This document shows positions 1 to 8,572 of a stretch of DNA of 64,000 nucleotides, in pieces. The notes under the pieces were generated by a model, which was not told the origin of the DNA, made no database searches, and saw nothing but the letters and a program-made list of their open reading frames with translations. The translations under genes and the position numbers were made by a program. Every line of letters starts with the position of its first letter. Within the stretch, counting starts at the first letter, position 1. Source of the stretch: a bacterium (GTDB taxonomy: Bacteria; SAR324; XYD2-FULL-50-16; G965216635); the NCBI GenBank assembly GCA_965216635.1, contig OZ244188.1, positions 1,952,001-2,016,000 of the forward strand, read 5' to 3'.

Positions 1-2
1 GA

Positions 3-1442
3 TTTAATGAAGCAGATCAACTTCAAATAGAAGCCTTTAAAGATACTTGGAGCAATGTAGAATATACCAAAAATATAGAAGAAATAAAATCACTAGGTTT
101 AATAAAAATTGATAATTACTTAAAGTTCATAGAAGATACTATGCCTGATAGTTATGTGTCTTATCTATCTATGATGGCTATTAGGATTTATTATATGCGC
201 CAATTATTAAAAAAAACGGGAAGTTTTTATCTGCATTGTGACTCTACAATGAGCCACTATTTAAAAACTTTATGTGATTTAATTTTTGGGAATGAAAATT
301 TTAGAAACGAAATTGTCTGGAGAAGGTCTTATAGTCATAATGATGGAAATAAGTTTGGAGTGATTACTGATACAATTTTTTTCTATTCTAAAACAAAAAT
401 TTATTTTTATAATAAAGTCTTCATTAAGAGAACAAAAGATGAAACAGAGAAAGAATACCCTTACATTGATGAGAATACTAGAAAAAGATATAAGTCTGTA
501 TCAATGAATGCGGCAGGGCAAGGTAAAGCAAAATGTTTCGGAAAAAGAGGAATGTTAGAACCAGCGACAGGAACTCATTGGAGATGGTCTCAAGATAGAA
601 TTAACGAGGGACTAAAAAATGATATTATATTTTTTACTTCAAACAATACTCCTAGGTACAAACAATTTGCAACAAATATTATAGGCAAACAGGTTCAAAA
701 TTTATGGACGGATTTTATGGCTATTTCTTCACAAGCAAAAGAACGATTGGGTTATCCCACACAGAAACCACTTGCACTATTGGAAAGAATCATACAAGCA
801 AGTAGCAACAAAGGGGATTTGGTTGCAGATTTTTTCTGTGGTTGCGGGACTACAGTAGACGAAGCTGTAAATTTAGACAGGAAATTTATGGGGGCGGATA
901 TCTCTACTTTGAGCGTAGCTTTAATAGAAAAAAGACTCAAAGATAGGCATGGTTTTTTGGAAGGCAAAGATTATAAAACCGATGGATTACCAAAAAATAT
1001 AGAACAAGCTAAAAAATTGGCTGAAAAAGATAAATTTGAATTTCAAGATTGGGTTGTTACTCATTTAATCAACGGCGTACCCAACGATAAAAAAACAGGG
1101 GATGGAGGAATAGACGGTTTTTTTTATTTTCAAATTCCTACCCAAAAGAAAAGTAGCTTGTGTTTATTGGAAATCAAAGGAGGCAAAAATTTGTCCATAA
1201 CTCAAGTAAGATCTTTTATTAAAACTTGCCAAGAAAAAGGTAATGCAGGATTGTTGCTGACTATGGGAAACATAACAGACGGAATGAAAAAAGAATGCTA
1301 CGCTCTAGGAAATATAGCACCTGAAATTCCTAAGTGTGATATTATTAGCATAAAGGATCTTTTAGAAGCTAAAAAGCCTCAAATTTTATTTTACAATATT
1401 ACTCAAATTAGAGCTGAACAGAGTAATAGGAGTCTACTTTAA
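3..1442 (+). CDS. Site-specific DNA methyltransferase (N4/N6) fused to a C-terminal Mrr-like endonuclease domain; 5'-truncated by the window edge
   Basis: The frame is open from base 3 (FNEADQLQIEAFKDTW...) into the listed ORF. MTase motifs GSFYLHCD, NEIVW, YPTQKPLALLERII and DFFCGCGTT. C-terminal FEFQDW...GDGGIDG...EIKGG is PD-(D/E)xK/Mrr-like. Confidence 0.85.
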   Translation, partial: FNEADQLQIEAFKDTWSNVEYTKNIEEIKSLGLIKIDNYLKFIEDTMPDSYVSYLSMMAIRIYYMRQLLKKTGSFYLHCDSTMSHYLKTLCDLIFGNENFRNEIVWRRSYSHNDGNKFGVITDTIFFYSKTKIYFYNKVFIKRTKDETEKEYPYIDENTRKRYKSVSMNAAGQGKAKCFGKRGMLEPATGTHWRWSQDRINEGLKNDIIFFTSNNTPRYKQFATNIIGKQVQNLWTDFMAISSQAKERLGYPTQKPLALLERIIQASSNKGDLVADFFCGCGTTVDEAVNLDRKFMGADISTLSVALIEKRLKDRHGFLEGKDYKTDGLPKNIEQAKKLAEKDKFEFQDWVVTHLINGVPNDKKTGDGGIDGFFYFQIPTQKKSSLCLLEIKGGKNLSITQVRSFIKTCQEKGNAGLLLTMGNITDGMKKECYALGNIAPEIPKCDIISIKDLLEAKKPQILFYNITQIRAEQSNRSLL

Positions 1443-1483
1443 AACGCTCTTTTATCCAAAAGATTTAGCCATTCTACTCCAGT

Positions 1484-2485
1484 CTAATTTTTTGCAACTC
1501 GTTTTCTTCTATAAAAAAGAAAAGGAAAAAAACCTAATAAATAAACAAAAATTTGGTGAATAATAAATAGGTTGAAAATATTAGCTCCTTCTTTTAATCC
1601 AAATAAATTGTAAAGATTTTCAAAGGCAATATGTCCTACACCTATCCCCGCCGGAGAAATGGGAATAGCAGTCGCAATCAAACCTAGCGGAATAAGACTC
1701 ATTTGAGTCCAAAAGGCTAATTTTTCCAGTAGTAAAAGAGCAGCAATTTGATAGAATAATAGGCATATAAGGCTATGAATCACTAAAGAAATAAGTAGTA
1801 GAACTAGCAAGCGTAATTTGTATCGCCGCATGATTTTCAAATTTTGAAAAACCTTTGTTAAAAATTCTCTTATTTCTGTTAGTGGGGGTAGTTTGCTTAA
1901 TATTCTATCTGATAGATTAGTGTGCCAGCTTTTTTGACAATCCTTATTCTTTTTTGGAGAGGGATAAAAAATAAAGCAAAAAAAACAAACAAGAGTAAGT
2001 GCAGCAACGACTATAAATATAGATAGACTAGATGCTAATTCTTTTTGTTCTCCGTTAAGGTTTAATACAGAAAATAAAAATATAAACAAAAGTCCAAACA
2101 AGCCTAAAATTCTATCTATAAAGAGGGTGATATAAATGGAGACTAAATCTGTGTGTTTTTTTTTTGAATGCAGATACAATCCCTTAATCAAATCTCCGCT
2201 GACAAGTCCCGGCAAAGTGACGCTAAAAAAATTGCCAATCCAAGTCAATAAAAAAGCTCGTTTAAAGGGAATTATTAAATCAAATGATTTAAGCAAAATC
2301 CACCACCTTAAATTTTGCAAAAACATAGCCAAGAAAAGAACTGGCAATACTAAAAAAATAAAAAACCGCCAACTTTCTAAAATAATTTTTGTTTGGCTAA
2401 AGTCTAGTTTTTCAGAAGAAATCAACCAATATAACAGTCCTCCCGCAAGAGCAAATTTAAGCAATAAAATAAGTATTTTTTTCAT
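1484..2485 (-). CDS. Lysylphosphatidylglycerol synthase TM / flippase-like domain protein (UPF0104)
   Basis: Multi-TM; motifs LRWWILL, IGNFFSVTLPG..GD..K, DR.LG and PISPAGIGVG. Confidence 0.8.
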   Translation of the reverse strand: MKKILILLLKFALAGGLLYWLISSEKLDFSQTKIILESWRFFIFLVLPVLFLAMFLQNLRWWILLKSFDLIIPFKRAFLLTWIGNFFSVTLPGLVSGDLIKGLYLHSKKKHTDLVSIYITLFIDRILGLFGLLFIFLFSVLNLNGEQKELASSLSIFIVVAALTLVCFFCFIFYPSPKKNKDCQKSWHTNLSDRILSKLPPLTEIREFLTKVFQNLKIMRRYKLRLLVLLLISLVIHSLICLLFYQIAALLLLEKLAFWTQMSLIPLGLIATAIPISPAGIGVGHIAFENLYNLFGLKEGANIFNLFIIHQIFVYLLGFFPFLFYRRKRVAKN

Positions 2486-2534
2486 ATTTTGCCAGTTGCT
2501 TCATTGGTATTACCACGTCCGCTGGAAGAGATTT

Positions 2535-3377
2535 TTAAGGAGCTAGGTAGGATAAAATTTTGGAGATTTCACTTCGTAGATTTGCTCTGTGCACTATCCT
2601 ATCTACTACTCCGTGTTGGAGTAAAAATTCTGCTCTTTGAAATCCCTTAGGTAAATCTTGTTTGATGGTTTGTTGAATCACACGCGGTCCTGCAAAACCA
2701 ACTAATGCCCCTGGTTCTACTAAAATAATATCTCCCAACATCGCAATACTAGCAGAAACTCCTCCAGTAGTAGGGTCGGTTAAAAGAGAGATATAAGGCA
2801 ATTTTTTTTCTTTTAAACTGTGGAGGGCAGCAGAAGTTTTTGCCATCTGCATTAAAGATAGAGTGCCTTCTTGCATTCTAGCCCCACCAGACGCAGAAAT
2901 AACAACCAATGGTAAAGATTTTTCTACGCTTCTATCTATTGCACGAGCAATTTTTTCTCCAGCCACAATACCCATAGAACCTCCCATATACATAAAGTTA
3001 AAAGCGCAAATAGAAACTTTTCTGCTCACAATGCTTCCTAAACCGCAAATCACAGATTCATTGCTATTCGCTTTTTTGGGTTCATTTTTAAGACGGCTTT
3101 TATACTTTTTTGTATCAGAAAAACTGATAGGATCTGTGCTGGATAAATTTTTATCCATTTCTTCAAAAGAATTTTTATCTAATAAAAATTTTAGCCTTTC
3201 GTAGCAATCCAAACGAAAATGAAACCCGCAATACTGACAAACCTTTAGATGCTTTTCTAATTCTTTATCGTAAAGTATTTCGCTACATTTACTGCATTTC
3301 AACCAAATCCCCGCTGGAATTTTAGATTCTGTTTTTGTTCCAAAAATACTTGGAGCTAATTTTTCAAACCATGACAT
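2535..3377 (-). CDS. accD: Acetyl-CoA carboxylase carboxyltransferase beta subunit
   Basis: C4 zinc finger (KCSKC...CQYC), GGSMG, SGGARMQEG, PTTGGVSAS, FAGPRVI. Confidence 0.97.
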   Translation of the reverse strand: MSWFEKLAPSIFGTKTESKIPAGIWLKCSKCSEILYDKELEKHLKVCQYCGFHFRLDCYERLKFLLDKNSFEEMDKNLSSTDPISFSDTKKYKSRLKNEPKKANSNESVICGLGSIVSRKVSICAFNFMYMGGSMGIVAGEKIARAIDRSVEKSLPLVVISASGGARMQEGTLSLMQMAKTSAALHSLKEKKLPYISLLTDPTTGGVSASIAMLGDIILVEPGALVGFAGPRVIQQTIKQDLPKGFQRAEFLLQHGVVDRIVHRANLRSEISKILSYLAP

Positions 3378-3456
3378 AGTAATTTTAATATATAGGTTTT
3401 ATCTTTTACTGTCTACTTGGCAAGTTCTCAATTATTTATGGATAGGTTAGGCATTT

Positions 3457-3725
3457 TTAATCTATTGAAGTCCCTGCTAACACACCTATAATTGTCGTAA
3501 GAGCAGAACCTAGAATAGTAGAAATAACTATCAGTTCTGTGCCTATGTTTAATTTTATAATACTTAAAAATATGCTGCCCCTACGGTTATGCCGAGTAAA
3601 CCTATAATAATAAAAGAAAGCCATCTTAAAGTTTTTACTCTATTTTCTTTTCTATTGTCTTCAGGGGTATTATTTCTATTTTTTAATTCTTTTGATACTT
3701 TGGGGTCTACTACTGTATTGGACAT
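3457..3725 (-). pseudogene. Frameshifted two-TM protein, paralog of 6572..6949 (putative Panacea-associated toxin)
   Basis: Not in the ORF track. Reads MSNTVVDPK...RWLSFIIIGLLGITV, shifts frame near the G4 run (cccc 3578-3581), then GSIFLSII...IIGVLAGTSID*. The end matches GFVAGSSID* of 6572..6949. The start overlaps the Panacea stop. Confidence 0.7.
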
Positions 3726-4176
3726 TCAAATTCTTTTTTAATTTCTTTAAGAGAGATATTTTTACGGTAGCCTCCATTTGAAAAACTATTATACCAAGCA
3801 CCATTTTTTTTGTGGGTAAGATCTATTAGTTGGCTACCAGTTCTTGAACCATACTCATTAATTGTTTCAAATATAGGTATTGCTTCATTCCCTGAAATTA
3901 CAAAAGTTTGCCCTTCTATATCCATTGTGCTGGTAATTACCTTGTCTCCCAAAGTAGAATATTCTTCATAGACTTCTGGTATTACAGGCCCATATGCCAT
4001 GCTTGAAAAGTCAGAATATCTTCTTTGTATCCGTAATTAAGATACTTCCCAAAACTAAGGTAGAGTAATTTTTGTAATTTAAGAGGTGTGATTAACGATT
4101 TTGAGATATTATTACAATCTCTTAGTATACTATTCACCCAAGCAGAATAAGTTTTCTTGTAATTATCTTTTTTCAT
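3710..4176 (-). pseudogene. Panacea/SocA (DUF4065) antitoxin-family gene split by a 1-nt frameshift
   Basis: ORF 3982..4176 (TPLKLQKLLY...FQAW) joins ORF 3710..4000 (YGPVIPEVY...LIDLTH..GAW) across the AWxYGPV motif near 3995. Confidence 0.8.
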
Positions 4177-4273
4177 TTTATTGTTCGTTAATTGTTGATA
4201 AGTTAACCTTTTATTTTTGTACTACACTTGTTCAATCTAAAATAAAAACAATTTTATTGCAACAAATAATTTT

Positions 4274-4669
4274 TTACTTCTTACTTACCTTATACAATTT
4301 CTTACCCTGTAATAGCAAAATATAATCCGTTTTTAAGTCTACTATTTTAATATTACCTATTTTTTCACCTTCTTCCACTAGATATTTTTTGTTTTTAAAA
4401 AAGAAAATTCCAGCTCTTCTATCGGGTAAATTCAACCGTCCTTGATATTGAATTTTACCAACAACAAAGTTCACTCCTACTGCTTTGTTTTGAACAGTAT
4501 CCTGATCACTAGCAGTTATAGATTCTGTTTTTTTTTTAGACTTTATCACAACTTTAGCAGAAAAAGGATTCGCCCACAAAGTAAAAACCAGTGAAAAAAA
4601 AGCCAGCAAAGAAAAAAACAACGTTAAAACTAAACTAGTAAAATAGTATTTCATAAATGTTTGATTCAA
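4274..4669 (-). CDS. Hypothetical exported protein, possibly PilP/GspC-like (type IV pilus/T2SS accessory); ATG at 4654 is an alternative start
   Basis: N-terminal hydrophobic segment, NPF motif, C-terminal YLVEEGEKIGNIKIVDL beta-rich motif typical of PilP/GspC HR domains. Confidence 0.4.
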   Translation of the reverse strand: MNQTFMKYYFTSLVLTLFFSLLAFFSLVFTLWANPFSAKVVIKSKKKTESITASDQDTVQNKAVGVNFVVGKIQYQGRLNLPDRRAGIFFFKNKKYLVEEGEKIGNIKIVDLKTDYILLLQGKKLYKVSKK

Positions 4670-5196
4670 AAGTCTCTAAAAATATAGTGGATAGAAAGCA
4701 TAATATTTAATTGCGGATTTAAGGAATAGATAGAAGAATTGTTTATTTTTATAGCAGAAATCCAAACATTTTCTTTTTTTAAATCTGTAATAAATTGATT
4801 CAAATTTTTATAAGAAGCTAGAAATTGTATTTGTTTTTGCCCCAATGAAAAATCTCCATATTCTTCAAATATATCCTTTTCGTCTAGTATTCTAATTTTA
4901 GAATTTTGCATTATTTTTAATAATTTTTCATTGGTTTTCTCCAGTGGCACATCTAAAACCCACTTTTTCTCTTCTTTTTCTGCTCCAGCGGTAAGGTCGC
5001 TTTGGTATCTATCTAATACTTCCTTTTTAAATTGATTATCTTGTTTTAATTGTCGCAAATTCTCTATTTTTTTTTGGTAGTATTGCTTTTTATCTCCTTG
5101 TGATAAAGTAAAAAATACTAAAAAAATACTGCCAACAAACAAAAAAATAATAACTTTATTTTTTTTGCTGGATTTTACTAAAAACTTTTGAAACAT
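4666..5196 (-). CDS. Hypothetical single-TM protein, PilO/GspM-like
   Basis: N-terminal TM, coiled coil, ASYKNLNQFI..L motif resembling PilO; adjacent to the PilP-like gene. Confidence 0.45.
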   Translation of the reverse strand: MFQKFLVKSSKKNKVIIFLFVGSIFLVFFTLSQGDKKQYYQKKIENLRQLKQDNQFKKEVLDRYQSDLTAGAEKEEKKWVLDVPLEKTNEKLLKIMQNSKIRILDEKDIFEEYGDFSLGQKQIQFLASYKNLNQFITDLKKENVWISAIKINNSSIYSLNPQLNIMLSIHYIFRDF

Positions 5197-6522
5197 TTAG
5201 AAAATAAAGGAAAAAATAATGCTCGCTGTAGGAAAAAGCACTATAAATGCTATTACAAAAAAATCAGAAACTAAGAAAGCTCCCAACTGACGAAAAATAT
5301 CACCTGATGGAATTTTCGGAAAGGCAGTATGAATCACAAATACATTCAAACCTACAGGAGGTGTGATCAAACCTATTTCTAATAGTTTTACTACTAATAC
5401 CCCAAACCAAATCAAATTCCAACCCAAAGTTTCTGCAATGGGTATCATAAAAGGTAAGGTTAAAACCAAAATCCCTATAGAATCCAAAAACATCCCTAAA
5501 ACGAGATAAATCAAAATCAAAAATAACAAGACTACCCAAGCAGAAGGAGAAACAGAATCTAAGAAAAAGAGCAAATTTTCTATAAAACTGGTAAGTGTTA
5601 AAAAAGTAATGAGCAGTTTTGCTCCAATAGCAATAGAAAAAATTACCGCTGTCTGTAAAACAGACTCCTTTAAAGATTGCCACAGTTCTTTTAGTTTGAG
5701 TTGCTTTTTAATAAAAACTATAAAGATTAGCACACAAAGACTAACAGCCGCAGATTCTGTGGGCGTAAAAAAACCAAAATAAATACCGCTAATAATGAGC
5801 GCCAAAGTAAAGAAAGAAATTAAATTTTGTATGGGAGGCAGTTTGTTGTTTTGTACTTTTTGCAGTTGTTTTTTTTCAGACTCAGAAAGAGCAAAATGAA
5901 ACTTAAAAACTACCACAACGCAATAACCCAAAAAAGTAAGCAGACTTGGAATTATGGCTGCTAAAAAAAGCTTTTGCACTGACTGCTGTGCAAAGTAAGA
6001 ATAAAGAATAAAAAGTATGCTGGGAGGCACAAGCGAGCCTAAAGTGCCGCCTGCAGCAACCGATGCTGCTGCCATACTTGGTTTATAACCGTATTTTAAC
6101 ATCTCAGGAATGGCTATGCGACTTAAAGTAGCTGCACAGACTACACTAGAACCAGAAACAGCTGAAAAACCACCGCATCCAAAAATAGTTGTAATTGCTA
6201 AGCTTCCCGGAATTTTTCTCAAAAGAATAGCCAAAAATGTGTAAAAATCCCTAATTATTCCAGTTCTTCCAGCAAGGTTTCCTACCGCAATAAATAAAGG
6301 AATTAAGCCTAGATGATAGTTATTTAAAAAATCATAGATCGTGGAATGGATTAAAGATTGGGCTGGAACAAAAGAACCTAAAAAATCTAGGGACTGTAAC
6401 GCATAAAATCCATACAACCCCACAATAGAAAAAAAGGAAAGACTATAAAAAATAGGAATTCCTATACTTAAAGAAATTAAGATTAGGAATAAAATAGAGT
6501 AGCAAAATATTTGGATAAACAA
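5197..6522 (-). CDS. dctM: TRAP transporter large permease (DctM family)
   Basis: IPLF, AVSGSS, GGTLGSLVPPS, FTPTE, GLITPPVGLNVFV. Confidence 0.93.
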   Translation of the reverse strand: MFIQIFCYSILFLILISLSIGIPIFYSLSFFSIVGLYGFYALQSLDFLGSFVPAQSLIHSTIYDFLNNYHLGLIPLFIAVGNLAGRTGIIRDFYTFLAILLRKIPGSLAITTIFGCGGFSAVSGSSVVCAATLSRIAIPEMLKYGYKPSMAAASVAAGGTLGSLVPPSILFILYSYFAQQSVQKLFLAAIIPSLLTFLGYCVVVVFKFHFALSESEKKQLQKVQNNKLPPIQNLISFFTLALIISGIYFGFFTPTESAAVSLCVLIFIVFIKKQLKLKELWQSLKESVLQTAVIFSIAIGAKLLITFLTLTSFIENLLFFLDSVSPSAWVVLLFLILIYLVLGMFLDSIGILVLTLPFMIPIAETLGWNLIWFGVLVVKLLEIGLITPPVGLNVFVIHTAFPKIPSGDIFRQLGAFLVSDFFVIAFIVLFPTASIIFSFIF

Positions 6523-6571
6523 AATTTAATAGCAGAAATTGGAAGTAAGAGGCTTCCTTATAAAAGGTTGG

Positions 6572-6949
6572 TTAATCTATTGACGAGCCTGCAACAAATC
6601 CTAAAGCTAAAGTTAAAACACTAAAAACAGAAGCTCCTAAAAATTGGAATATTTGAGATATTAAACTAGCAATTTCTTCATTTTCTGCAGGAACAGCAGA
6701 AGAGACATACCAAATAACCATCAATAGTAAGGCAATAAAACCCAGTCCTACAAAACAATACTTTATAGTTTCTTGCGCTATTTCTAATCTTAATTTTTTT
6801 CTTTCTTTTAATCCCGAGTCTTCCTTTGTTTTTTGACTAATCTCGTGTATTTTTTTTGCCACAGAATTTATTATATCACTATTCTTGGTTATATCTATCT
6901 GAGCAACCGTCTTATTGTTTCCTTTATTTTTTTCCATATTCTCTAGCAT
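6572..6949 (-). CDS. Small two-TM protein, putative toxin partner of the upstream Panacea gene (likely start ATG 6937)
   Basis: Hydrophilic N-terminus followed by two TM helices; start overlaps the Panacea stop. Confidence 0.6.
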   Translation of the reverse strand: MLENMEKNKGNNKTVAQIDITKNSDIINSVAKKIHEISQKTKEDSGLKERKKLRLEIAQETIKYCFVGLGFIALLLMVIWYVSSAVPAENEEIASLISQIFQFLGASVFSVLTLALGFVAGSSID

Positions 6950-7421
6950 TTTTTATAAAAAATTTGTAATATGCTTCAATAAATTCTCTATCTATAACTT
7001 TATTTTTTCTGCCATCATAGTATTTGTCCCAAGGAGTTCCTTTTTGGTGTGTCATTTCAATAAAATCTAATCCAGTTTCGCCTTTATAAATAACCCAAAC
7101 GGTTTCAAGTGTTTTTAAGATCTCTATTTCTTCTTTGTCTATTTCAGGCTCAATCAAATCATTTATTTTGGGAGCACGATAAATACCTGCCAAGTTATTA
7201 ATAGTAGATGCCCGTCGTTCTTTAAAATGGTGATACAATTCTGGTATCACAGGGCCAAATCTCCAAGCCTGAACTTCTTCCTCAAATAAATCAAAACTAT
7301 TTAACCCTAAGCTAAAACCCAAAGAAATATAAACTATTTTATTTAGCTTAAGATTATCTAAACTATGATCGTTTTTTTCTAAAAAGAAATTAGCTACAGC
7401 GAATACATCTTGTTGTTTCAT
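6924..7421 (-). CDS. Panacea/SocA (DUF4065) antitoxin-family protein
   Basis: VANFF, LKLNKIVY, QAWRFGPVIPELY, MTH.KGTPW. Confidence 0.9.
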   Translation of the reverse strand: MKQQDVFAVANFFLEKNDHSLDNLKLNKIVYISLGFSLGLNSFDLFEEEVQAWRFGPVIPELYHHFKERRASTINNLAGIYRAPKINDLIEPEIDKEEIEILKTLETVWVIYKGETGLDFIEMTHQKGTPWDKYYDGRKNKVIDREFIEAYYKFFIKNAREYGKK

Positions 7422-7570
7422 TTTGTTTTAGGTTTTTAAATTAGAGATAATCTGACTTTTCAAATAGTACTTATACTTTTGACTTAATACTTATAAAAAA
7501 TCAAGGTTTATTTTGATTTTCTTTTATGTAAAATAAATGTTTTTTTAGTTGGTTAGTATTATGTAGTGGG

Positions 7571-8560
7571 CTAAGAATGTCTTTTGCGGTATAGGAAGAA
7601 GACTACGCTAATTACACTCAAACAAAAAAATCCAACCACAATAAAATAAAAAAAAGATCTATTTGCAAATTTTGTTTTAACAATAAAATTTAAACCTTCT
7701 GTGTTTGTGTCTTTTATCTCAATACTTTTGAGCAGATATTTCCCGTCTTGGTTTTGGGTCGTATTTTGTCCTACAACTTCTATTTCTAAATATCTAGGAT
7801 CGTAAAGAATACTAACAGAATTATTTTTTTTAAGAAAAGGTTGAATGTAGTTTAGGCTATTTTTATTCATTGGAATATCATATTCAAAATAAAGATTGGA
7901 TTCTCCGCTAGGCACCGTATAGTTTAGCTCGGCAAGATTATTTTCTAAAGTAGCCGTTAACTCCTCGTCTTTGATCGCAAAGGTCTGAAAGTTTTCTTGT
8001 AACCTGGGTAATTTTCTTTTGAGGGGGTTTTTTTGAGAGCTAACGAAGAAGGTGCTTTTATTTTGAAGGTAAATTACTTCTGTAATACGTATCTTGTTTT
8101 TTATAGGATTAAAAACGAATAGATTGCCGAGATAGTTAATGTCTTTAAGGTTGTAGCGAGTCTCTTTCTTAAAATTAGAAACACCAAAATATTCTATATT
8201 TAATATCTCTTGTAGGTTTTTTTTTAGCTGAATGCGATTAGAAGCGATGCGGTTACCCTGTATTAAAGCTCCTATGAGATATTCTACGTCTTTTTCTTTT
8301 TTAATCATCTTAAAACTGTATTCTCCTTTTCTGTTGCTCTGAGTTCTTTGGATGGGAGTAATGGGTGAAGTCTCTGTGACGGTGGTATCAAATCTTAACA
8401 GCACAATAGGAATATCTGATATTTCTTTTTCTGTAAGATTGGATATAATTTTTCCCTGAATTGTGTAAAGTTTTTCTGTAGCTAGAGCAGAAAAATTTAG
8501 AGCAGAAAATAGGACGACAGTAAAGAGAAAAATGTAAACTGTTTTAGCTATTTCCCTCAT
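7571..8560 (-). CDS. Hypothetical exported, C-terminally anchored membrane protein (carboxypeptidase-regulatory/transthyretin-like N-domain)
   Basis: Signal peptide, IQGKI...T.SN.KGEYSF beta-sandwich pattern, C-terminal TM followed by a basic tail. Confidence 0.5.
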   Translation of the reverse strand: MREIAKTVYIFLFTVVLFSALNFSALATEKLYTIQGKIISNLTEKEISDIPIVLLRFDTTVTETSPITPIQRTQSNRKGEYSFKMIKKEKDVEYLIGALIQGNRIASNRIQLKKNLQEILNIEYFGVSNFKKETRYNLKDINYLGNLFVFNPIKNKIRITEVIYLQNKSTFFVSSQKNPLKRKLPRLQENFQTFAIKDEELTATLENNLAELNYTVPSGESNLYFEYDIPMNKNSLNYIQPFLKKNNSVSILYDPRYLEIEVVGQNTTQNQDGKYLLKSIEIKDTNTEGLNFIVKTKFANRSFFYFIVVGFFCLSVISVVFFLYRKRHS

Positions 8561-8572
8561 TGATACTGTAAA

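Noticed and set aside
2136..3204. Antisense or alternate-frame ORFs such as 2136..2546, 2863..3204, 39187..39597, 49749..50153 and 51053..51460
   Set aside because: Shadows of well-supported genes on the other strand or frame.
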